A stretch of DNA of 64,000 nt from Lytechinus pictus (taxonomy: Eukaryota), in assembly GCF_037042905.1 (NCBI RefSeq), contig NC_087250.1:21082001-21146000 (forward strand), written 5' to 3'. The notes beneath the pieces were generated by a model, which was not told the origin of the DNA, searched no databases, and worked only from the letters and a program-made list of their open reading frames with translations. Of this stretch, positions 12,901 through 24,900 are shown piece by piece; position 1 is the first letter of the stretch; each line of letters begins with the position of its first letter. The translations under genes and the position numbers were made by a program.

Positions 12901-15900
12901 CAATATACTATTCATCTTTTTAACAAAATGCCATTTTAAAGCATGTGATGTGCTGATAAATTATGGCTTTGTCGTTTAATTTGTAAAATGATGGGGGTGG
13001 CACTTAGAGCCATTTTCAAAGAAGTTAAAACAGAATACCGAGAGAGGGAGCTCGATATCCCCGAAGGTGACATTCTGATTGGCAGATCACTTTCATAAGA
13101 TTAACAAATTAATGATATAATAATAACAGTCCATATTTAATATAATAACTTTACCAAAATGGAACTATTTGTTCTGAGATGTACATTTCAATGTTGTGAT
13201 AAGACAAACATATTACCCCCTCTTCGTCCAACTCTTTTAAGTAAATCTTAAAGGAAAAATCCGACCTTTTTCCAAATACTATCATTGTCACGTGTTTGAT
13301 ATTGTTTTAGAAGAGTTTTTAATTTAAAGGGGAATCCAGCCTTGGCCATAAAATGTTGTGTTGGGAAGGAGAAAAATTAATTAAACAGAATGGTGAAATT
13401 TTGAAAGAAATCGGACAAGCAATAAGAAAGTTATAGCTGCTTTAAAATTGAGATCACTAAATAGTATGTAGATTTCAAATTGGCAACTGGGTAAGTAAAT
13501 TATGACAAGGGGCAAGGACAACTTTCCCATGGGCCATGTACTTTATTATCAGGGATTTGTGGTTTTCTCTTATTACCCATTCCCCTGGGGCAGTAATCTA
13601 AATATAACCCAGGTAGTACATTGTTTTATGTCCTCATGAAAGAAAAATACAATTTGAAATAAAACTTTTGGGAAAAATGACATTTTAGCCATAATATGCA
13701 TTGGAGTACATGGAAGAGTAGTCCTTGCCTTACATCACTATGACATCCCATATGCGGCCAATTTAAAGTCTCCATGGGTATAGTGATTACCAATATTTAC
13801 AACTTTTAAAAATTCCTAACTTTCTTGTTGTTTGTCCAATATTGTTCAAACTTTCACCTATCAACTTGTCTGATTTTTCTTTTTCTTATAAAAACTATTT
13901 TTTATATGGGTTGGATTCCCCTTTAAGCTTAATAAGTTTGAATCATTTTGATTAACACAAGTAAACATTAATATTTTATGAAAATGATGCAAATACAATA
14001 TTGAGAGAAATTGGGGAAAATACACCAACGTATCGAGTATTCAATATTTTGAATTTGGAAATAACAAATAGTATTAATCTGTTTTTTCAATTGTGGTATT
14101 AAATGTTTACACAAATTCTGTAATTGGTTTAATAGTTTAAGTAGCTGAAATGTTAGCCCTGGTGCAAATTAGTTACAGGGGGATTTCTTGTAATGTTAAC
14201 GTCTTTGATTGATGTATCTTAATGATAACAAATACTGTTTAAAGCAATAACATACTCTACGTATCCCATCGTCTTCACATGTCGGCAGCATTCAATGAGG
14301 TAAACCAAGTCATCCTCGTCTGTACACTTCACCCGACCCAGAATGAGATACTTCAGGTTCTTGGTATGTTCCTTGATGAGCAGACCCAGTCCTCTCATTG
14401 TCTTGCTTGATACAGGACTCTTCTCTGATCGGAGTGAGTACGTAGTGCGAAGGGTAATGATTTTGAGATTTTGTCCTCCAGTCCGACGAAGACCAGCCGT
14501 GATAAAGGCTATGTCTCCCTCTGCATCATCGATAGTGATTTTAATATATACCAAAGCAGGGAGTGATGAGATCAGACCTTCATAGCATTGTGACGTCACT
14601 CCATCAGTTGATAGCTCTGTGATGGATGGTAGCTCAGGAGGAGATGGAGGGAAATCGATAGATGAGTCTGAGATGGTGAGAGAATTTAGCATCGGGAATG
14701 ATTTAAGGCAGGCCCATAGTCCATCTGTCACAGCGGTTGCCATGATAGACTGCTCGAATTGTACACTCACAACCTATTGAGGAAATGAAAGAAAAACAAA
14801 TTAACAGCATAAGAAGGAGATACAATCGGTTTTATTTATTGATGGTAACTGCAACTATTTACCAATATGTAGTATTGTACCTTTTAGTAGTTTTTTTTCT
14901 CACAGGACCAAACTGAATAGTCAGTAAAACGGACCTACTATACCCAGCTTTTTATTTTTTTATTTTTAGCTCTGATTTGTTTATTGTTTGATCATAGTGG
15001 TTTGGTTCATCACCTGTAGCGGCCGCACAGAAACGCTGTTAGGGAAGGTGTTAGCGCGAACAATTTACAAACAAATCAGCCACTAACAACACCATGAGCA
15101 GACTGAACGCACAGAAAACGTGGGTTTGAGCCTTTTCTATGACATGCTAAAGTGATTTATGTGTGCATTTATACAATGTAAGGGCCCTAGGCTCAATGTA
15201 TTATTCCCATTAAGTCGGGGCTCGGATTTGCAACATTAATTCTTACTTTGTGATGACATTTTACTACGGTGTTAATTGGTCCATGTTTTAACATAAATCG
15301 TAGTCTTAATAAAAATAATGTATTAACGGCATCAATCGTTAAAGGGGGGGGGGGGGCTATATTGCTTTGCTCGTAGAGTGGAAGAATTACTTCCGTCTAT
15401 GGAGGTGTTTATAGGGAAGCAGGATGTGAAGTATAGAAAAACAAACAATTGAAAATGAGGCGAGCTGATCATGTTATTTGTAATTTCCCCCACTTATTCA
15501 TTTATACATGTGAGATTGTGTTCATTTAAACTGAATTTGTCCTTGCAGTGGAAAGTAAATATGACCACTGCTTCAGTAATCATCATGACCATTGACAAGT
15601 TTTACATAGGCCTACAGGTAGCAGTTGTTACAACCGATAATGTCGCAGATTGCGACATTATGCCAAGAGCGTCCGACGCATAATGTCGCAGTCAACGCAT
15701 AATGTCGTAGTTTTTCTAACGCATAACGTCACATGTCGCAACGCATAATGTCGCAGCAAATTTCTAACGCATAACGTCACATATCGCAACGCATAATGTC
15801 ACAGCGGTATTTTCTTTAGGACTCGAGTTACAGAGAAGATATAAAATATGCTTTCACTAAGTATTTTTAAACACGAGAAAGAGAATTAGGTGATTTGGAA

Positions 15901-18900
15901 ATCAGGATTACTCTTTGTATGGATATTTATCAGTTTATTGCCATTTCGTCTACTGCCTTTTTCCCCACTATCGCATGGTCTGATATCATTTCGTCTACCA
16001 TTAGTTAGTCAACTATCAACATAGTCCAATAATAATTTCGTCTAACTACCATCTCGTCTAATAGCAAGTTGGTCTAATAGCCGTTTTGTTTATTATCATT
16101 TAGTCTAATTGTATTTTATTCAATTGGTCCAATATCCACTTTTTCCAATATCATTACGTCTATTACCTTTTGGTCTAATAGCAAATTGGTCTAATAACCA
16201 CTTGTACTACTCTCATTTCGTCCATGTTCCATTTGAACTTAAGTTGGTTCACTATCACTTTGTCTAAACCCATTTCGGATAACAATCATTTGGTATCGTT
16301 GCCATGGGTCCAATCACCATCTCGTCCAATCATCATTTCGTCCAATAGGCATATTCATTTCATCTTATAACCATAATGGTCTACTGGCACTAGACCTCTA
16401 CGGTGACTCGATGTATCATTGCCGATTTGTTGCAGTACTACTCCTGATTTGATTGCTCGCGAGCGCAAAATAAACCCTTTACCATCCGCCGAACATGGCA
16501 AAGCAAGGGAGAGAGCGAAGCAGAGCGAAGCAGAGCGCCGCGAGACAGGGCCTCTTGACATCTGACCCGAATTTCACCGACTTTCGCGGGTAGGGCGAAA
16601 AATAAAAACTCATCGGATCTGCTTTATCTTCTGAATATTGATGCCTTTGGATGTTAGAAGATCCCACAGAGCGAAGACGGCTGAATTGGGGGGGGGGGGG
16701 GGGGGGGGTCTCGGGGGCAATTTTGAAGAAATCAATTTGGTCATATTTTGGAAAATTTGGACCAGTCGCGGGTAGGGCGAAAAATAAAAACTTGTTTTTA
16801 CCAATTCACCGACCAAAATCTGGTCGGTGAAAATCATCCAATGAGAGCGCGAGCTGCTATGACGTCTATTAAATATTCATGAGCTCATCTTGAATGGCGA
16901 CACTTGGATTCATGGCGAGGAGTGACGACGAAATATCAAAGAGCGCTGAATATGACTCTAAAATGCTGAATATTGACCGATTTAAGGATTTGCAAGTCGA
17001 TGAAATTAACTCTGCACTGAAAGGACAAGATGTCTTTGTAAATCTACCCACAGGATATGGAAAAAATGTAATATTTCATGCGATTCCACCGGTCGAACCG
17101 GGGCGTCGATTATCGATCTCCGCTGTGCAGTGCAGTGAGGGAAGCTGGGGTGGACTTGCTGGGAGTTGACTCGAGTCTTACCAGCGGCTGAGCAGTATCT
17201 CCCGGGAAGTTTCGGGACGGTGATGGGTCTGTTACGGCCAGTAGTAGTAGTAGTAGTACCACTACTTGTAGCATTTTGCTGGTTATATCCCCTTTAGTGT
17301 CCCGCAATTAAATGAATCCCCTGCAGAATAATGGACTACTATACTATATAGTATTCCCAACCCAAAATGAAACAGCTTTGACATTTAATTGGTTTACTCG
17401 GTGACCGGTAATATCATGACTCATGTATATTCATTAGTAAGATGTTCCTCATGAATATATAATTCAGTTCAGATGTCAAGAGGCCCTGGCTCGCGCCAGG
17501 CCTAATTCGCTTCGCGAATTAGGGAATCCCTCGCTTCGCTCGGGAAGCAGCCGCCAGGGCCTCGACAAGAGGCTACCCTTGGTACGGCATAATAGTCATT
17601 ATGCCTACCAGGTCCCTTGGAGAGGACCTTAAGCCGTCGGTCCTCTGGTTGCTTGCTTACAAGCATTCATGCTTTCTTAGCAACCAGGTAAAAAGTCACC
17701 ATGTGATATATATAGCCTAAAATTTTCGCTCGAGCCTCGCATCCACATCCACTTCAGAATTTTCATGCATAGTGCTTGAAAAAGTGTCTAAATTTACCCC
17801 TTTTTGGACTGGAATATGAAGTATTTGTTGCTCGTGCTTCGCTCTCGCTTTATATTTTTATGCTTTTTCAGTTCTGATTTGCTTTGCAAAGTGTACATCA
17901 ATAATTATTACTATTATTGTTTTTACTATTACGAAGTTATGTTTATGCATGTGTGTAAAATAAGGTAATGAAACTAAGTTTTGGGGCTGGCCTCACATAC
18001 AAGCATCGCTTATTTTCGGCAGCCCCTCCGTTTTACTCTAAAATGCAAAAAAAAAAATTAAGGCAGCTAAATGTTATTGATTGGAATACTCCCCATGGAG
18101 TGGAGGATGTGCACACATTGTGTGCGGGAATGGCTGATTGAATCCGATGACCGGGGTAATAATATATCTGTAAAGCGCTTAGACACGTCGTTCAGATGTA
18201 TTAAGCGCTATAAAAAGCGGATTATTATTGTTATTGTGTTTATCAAATCTATAGGCCTTATTATGTTTTATAAGATGTTATGTTGTGTAATATTCTTTAT
18301 TTTTATGATATGTTCATTATATACAACATTGTGAAACGGAAAACAGTGAATGAAATGATTAAAACATGTATTCAAAATGCCTAAATTATACATGTAGGTC
18401 TAAATCTAAAAGAAAAACGCACACGAATAAAGTCTGAAGTTTTAAGTACATCTAATGTTTTTTTTTCTTACAAACAAGATAAGATATCTAATAAGGCAGG
18501 CGCGTATCCAGGATTTTGCATCTCGTGGAACAGACCTATACGCAGCTTGTTCTATATATTTATAACGTGCTTGAATTATCCAGTTTCAGATCAGAATATA
18601 AAAAAACTTCTGCTCGCATTAATAACATTAATGTAGGAAGATACCTATTTACCCATCCATTTTACGATTTACAAAACTTTAAAAGATTGTCCTGTTCTTA
18701 GATATAAAATCTATTTTTTCGGCTCGCGCTGCCGTCAATTGTTTAGTTATGTAACTCGAGTCCTGACGAAAATACCGGTGATTGGACCTTTTGGTGATTG
18801 GAACCATGGCAACGATACCAAATGATTGTTAGCCAAAATGGGTTTAGACAAAGTGATAGTGAACCAACTGAAGTTAGACCAAACGGAACATGGACGAAAT

Positions 18901-21900
18901 GAGAGTAGACCAAGTGGTTATTAGACCAATTGGCTATTAGGCCAAAAGGTAATAGACGTAATGATATTGGATAAAGTGGATATTGGACCAATTGAAAAAA
19001 ATACAATTAGACTAAATGATAATAAACAAAACGGCTATTAGACCAACTGGCTATTAGACGAGATGGTAATTAGACGAAATTATTATTGGACTATGTTGAT
19101 AGTTGACTAACTAATGGTAGACGAAATGATATCAGACCATGCGATAGTGGGGAAAAGGCAGTAGACGAAATGACAATAAACTGATAAATATCCATACAAA
19201 GAGTAATCCTGATTTCCAAATCACCTAATTCTCTTTCTTGTGTCTCAAAATACTTAGTGAAAGAATATTTTATATCTTATCTGTAACTCGAGTCCTGAAG
19301 AAAATACCGCTGTGACATTATGCGTTGCGACATGTGACGTTATGCTTTAGAAAAACTACGACATTATGCGTTGACTGCGACATTATGCGTTGGTGCGACA
19401 TTATCGGTTGTAACAGCAGTGTTGTATTGAAACATAAATTTACCAGTTCACGTTAAAATAATCAGGAAAGGGGGGATGAGGTATGGGACTTTTTTCTATT
19501 TATGATTTTTGATTGGTTTTGCAATCACAAACATAATCTCAACAACTACTGTACATATCATTGGTATACTTAATGGGGGAAAACAAGGTATTAAAAAGGT
19601 AATAACAACAGTAATAATAACAATCATGAAACAAATGAAAAAGAGACTTGGCTTCGTAATTCCATTCTAGGATATTCATTGTGGCATGGATAGTCATCAA
19701 TGTTTTCTAAAATACTGTACAGTGTTCACTTCATTCAGTTCATCTTTCTTCATTATTTTCCATTGAAGAATTATGTTATTGATTGAAATTACTGTCTTCT
19801 CATCCTTCTCATCTAATTTCATTCTGTTTTTTTTTCTCATATGGACTGGGGGCTTGAGCAATGGCGGATCCAAAGTAATGATCAAATTTTTTAGTGTAAA
19901 CATGCCGGCCATTTTTGTCTCGCCTGCATAGCAGAGCGAGACTATAGGCGCCGCTTTTCCGACTGCGACGGCGGCGGCGGCGGCGGCGTCAACATCAAAT
20001 CTTAACCTAAGGTTAAGTTTTTGAAATGACATCATAACTTAGAAAGTATATGGACCTAGTTCATAAAACTTGAACATAAGGTTAATCAAGTAATACTAAA
20101 CATCCTGCTTGAATTTCAGGTCACATGATTAAGGTCAAAGGTCATTTAGAGTCAATGAACTTAGACCATGTTGGGAGAATTATTTTCAAAATCTTAACCG
20201 AAGGTTAAGTTTTTGAAATGACATCATAACTTAGAAAGTATATGAACCTAGTTCATGAAACTTTAGCATAAGGTAAATCAAGTATTAGTGAACATCCTGC
20301 TCGAGTTTCAGGTCACATGACCAAGGTCAAAGGTCATTTAGGGTCAATGAACTTTGGTCAAGTTGGGGGTATTTGTTGAATTACTATCATAACTTTGAAA
20401 ATTTATAGATCTAGTTCATGAAACTTGGACATAAAGTTAATCAAGTATTAGTGAACATCCTTCCTGAGTTTCAGGTCACATGGCCAAGGTCAAAGGTCAC
20501 TTAGGGTCAATGAACTTTGGCCAAGTTGGGGGTATTTGTTGAATTACCTTCATAACTTTGAAAATTTATGGATCTAGTTCATGAAACTTGGACATTAGGT
20601 TAATCAAGTACCACTGAATATCCTGTGCGAGTTTCAGGTCACATGACCATGATCAGTGGTCATTTAAGGTCAATAAACTTTGGCCGTGTTGGGGGTCTTT
20701 GTTAAATTACCATCCTAACTCTGAAGGTTTATGGATCTAGTTCATAAAACTTGGACATAAGAGTAATCGAGTATCACTGAACATCTTGTACGAGTTTCAG
20801 GTCACATGACCATGGTCAAAGATCATTTAAGGTCAATGAACTTTGGCCGTGTTGGGGGTATTTGTTGAATTACCATTCTAACTCTGAATTTTATGGATCT
20901 ATTTCATAAAACTTGGGATTTAAGAGTAATCAAGTATCACTGAACATCCCCTGTGAGTTTCAGGTCACAAAACCAAGGTCAAAGGTCAGTTAAGATCAAT
21001 AAACTTAGGCCATGTTGGGGTAATTGTTGAATTGCCATCATAACTTTGAAAGTTTTTGGATAGAGTGAATGAAATGTGGACATGGGTGTATTTGACAAGT
21101 CTTAAGTCACCGTTCAAATGTCATCTATGGTCAATGAACGTGGTATTATGTCATTATATGAATGGTGTGTTTGTGAATTATTATTTTATAGTAGTTTTCA
21201 AAGTTAGCACTGCTGCTATATTGAATTGCGTAATGCAGGCGAGACTGACAGAGGCGTTCCACTTGTTACAGAAGTGTGCCCCTCCCCCTTGAAAGCGATT
21301 AAGGACTTTTTTGCTAGCAAATTTTTGTTGGGACAATAATACCTTAAATGTTAGATGTAACCCCCCTTCTTTATTGCTTGCCAAGCTTTTTCTCGGGAAA
21401 ATGAGCCCCCTTTTGGAAGAAACTGAATCCGCCCCTGGGCTGAAATGTCCTTTTAACTCGTTCTAGGTCTATTCTTAAGCACTTGATATAAAAAAGGAGA
21501 CAAGTTTTACGCACGAAACGCAAGAGATATTCATTAAAGGGATAGTCTAGGCTATATATCGAAAATTTGATTAAAATTGGATAACAAATAACGAAGCTAT
21601 TGAATTTTAAAGATTTTCATTATCTGGTGTAACAATAGGCATGTCTTTATGAATATTCATTACGTGGGCTGATGATGTCATATCCCCACTTTTTCTTTTG
21701 TATATATTTCATTATATGAAATAAGGTTTATTAAATCATTTTCTACCAAGAGCTAAAACAATTGGATTGACAACTGATTAAATGCATTACTTATTTATTG
21801 CTGCAACTTATTTCATCATAATGGAGACACATCATTTACACATGTATGAAATAATGAAATATTCATGATTTCATGTAATAACATAAAAAAAGAAAGTTGG

Positions 21901-24900
21901 GATGTCACATCATCAGCCCACCTAATGAATATTCATGAAGATGTGCATACAACTGTTTTCACAAAATATTGATAAATTTAAAAATTCAATAACTTCGTCA
22001 CTTGTTATCCGATTCTGATGAAATTTTCAGCATTTTGCTCTGTGAATTTTACTCTATTTTTTTTAATATAAATATTTTTAGCCCGGACCATCCCTTTAAC
22101 ATAAGCACTGTCGCTGCCCTTGACACTGTTAGTGGATAGTTCAAACATTAGCGCTAATGTCAGCTTCTGTGCGATCTTGTAATATTAGTCTAACAGCGCT
22201 AGCTAGTGATTTGGCTAACATCCTGCTCCTGTGCGGGCAATACCTCGCTAACAGTGCTATGAGTGACAAGTGCTCTGTTAGCGCTAACTGGGCCTTTCGC
22301 AAACCTCACGGACGCTAATATTAGGGTCCTCAAACACAAAAGTTGACTCTTAATCATACACTTGATTTTTAAGATTGATTGTACATTATAGTCAATAGAA
22401 TCAAACGTAGAAAACTGCTCTACAATCATTGCTAAGCTTTGTGTTACAAGGGGGGGGGGGGAGGTTACAGGCCCTACAGATCTGCTTTTCGTGTGCAAAA
22501 TTCTTTCCCGCGACACCCGCACCATACATGCATGTACATTACGACTGATAGTCATCATCGTATAGATTATGACATATGGATAAGAAAGTGGTTTTTCGAA
22601 CAAATCGAGTACATATTGAGTGAGGAATGAAGTTACTGAATTAACCAATGAAGTCACTGAATTAAGGCTTAGATATAGATCATTACAGTCCATCGAATCG
22701 ATATTGCATTAAATGTGGATTATTGATGGATCACTGGCAATTGATTCCATGGGTCAGATCACCTCTCAAGCCGAAACCATTTCGCATGCGTTGATATGTG
22801 CACGGCATAGGCAATAGGCCTAAACATATATACGTCTGAATACAAGCCAAATTTGCGGGGTTTTTTCTTTTGCTTACTCCTACGCAAACGATATGCCTCT
22901 AGCACACAATGTAATGGGCATTACGTTTTACTTTCCCCAGAAATGGGGGATTAGATTCAATTTCCCGGGGGACCACTTCCATTGATAAGTTGATACCAGG
23001 CGCGACCATGGGGTTTCGAAAATCACCCTAAACAAGGGAAGCAAGTCTTTTCCAGATTATGAAAATGCATCTCTTAACAAGTATTTAGCTTGTAAAACCC
23101 TACAAGTCTTGGAAATATATCCCTCTTTTCAGTATTTTAAACATCTTTTTTGGCACCCTTATAACGTTACATAGGCCTATACGTAATGTACTTGCCCACT
23201 CTTTCTCTATTTACGCGTGGTTGCGCCTGGTATCCACTCTTCAATGGAAGTGGCCCCCCGGGCGGCCTCTCGATCTCTGGGCGGAATCAAATGTGGCTCT
23301 GATAAGTCGAACCTAAATCGGATATATCGCTGTTACCATAGTAGCAACCAGGATTTTGCACACGGAACGCAGATTGAATGTTTCCGTTCCAGATGCAAAA
23401 CTAAAAAAATCTCATGTCACACAATTTGCATTGCAGGACAGAGTTTTACGACCATGACGACGGGCCCCAAAGTCTCTTCCAAAATCAACTACCGTTGTAA
23501 ATAGGCGTTTGCGCTCTCGAACGAAAGGTCGGGAACAACGTTTCTGCGCGGCCGATACTTATTCATCAATGGATTATATTCTACTGCTGTTATCTTAAAC
23601 GATTATCGATTAATATCATGTGATTTGGTATAACAAAAGAAAGCAAATATTTATGAAATACAACATGATGGATTATATGAATTTATTTCTCTAGCAATTA
23701 TCTAGCATTAGAATACCTTTTGTTTCAGTTCTCTTGGAAGATTTCGCATCCCAACTACAGTATACACTGTTGGCGATTGCAAAAGCATACTTTGTGACGT
23801 CACACACCTTCGAACCAAGGATGACACCTTCCCATCGCTAACCCCAGACTCTGATGAACAGTCTAAGAGAATACGATAACGCTCACTCTCGGATAAATAA
23901 CTATTTGTCAGAAGCGTCTCCATTATTCGAATACAGAGTCTGTTCTTTGTTCCAGCAGCAAAACGAATGAGATTTTCATAATCGCCAACATTTCTTTTAA
24001 TATTTTGTAACACTTGGTCTAACTTAGAAATCTTCCAATTCAGCTTGAAACGACTTGTTTTATGAGCTAGGAACTTCCCGGCTGCATGTTCTTGGGCAAG
24101 TTTGTGATAAAATTCTATAGTAGTAGAAGAGGTTTCGTTAGTTTGAGGAAGGTGTTCGCTTGATACAGTTGTCTTGGATACTATCCCTAACTGACATGCC
24201 TTATCGAGGACAGATGGAATCTTCTGAAAATCACGAGGGGTAAATACCAACTTCTTAGAATAAGCAAGTAGACCAGTGAGAGCAACTTTACCCAGTTTGT
24301 GGATTATTTCGTCCAGGGTTTCAGGTGTGAATAACCTATCGGTCCGTTTATTTGCGTGGTGGCTTAAAAACACGTTTACTTTGTCGAGCAATGATGTTTG
24401 AGTCGAAGTCTCACTGTCAAGACGATCTACAGACCATAAGTGACATACCATGAGGCAGAATAGTGGTGTTTTTACTAGTTCCTCTATCAGTGGATTTGTC
24501 TCGAGGTAAAACTTCAGACCATCTGCTTTCATTGGTTTCTGAATCCGGGAAGAAAAGAACCTGTCAATGTAATCACATGAGCTCTCTTTGGAGAATCCTT
24601 CGATCTCCATCTTCGTGTATACCCTTGGTAGATCCCCTTGACTGAAAATGTTTTCTAAGTGAGGTCGTGATGTTACAAGAACTCGACATTGTTGAAACAT
24701 TTCCCATAGGAGAATTTTCATGATATTGCTTGAGGAGGAGATACCAGCATACTCATCGAGCCCATCTAGTACAATATGACAGATTCCCTGATGCTGCCTG
24801 ATGAAACTTTCTAGCCCCTCTGGCGTCAGATCGTCAACATCACTCAGGAGTTGTGATATGATGGCTTCTCCGATCGATGTACTATGGCTTGTGTTTCGAA

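Larger units (their letters stand above)
15626..19415. mobile_element. 3.8-kb foldback DNA element with long TIRs, TGT...ACA termini and 5-bp TSD
   Basis: Arms about 15626-16310 and 18800-19415 are reverse complements. GCAGT at 15621-25 and 19416-20. The arms contain acgcataatgtcgca and tcatttcgtcta sub-repeats. Confidence 0.85.
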
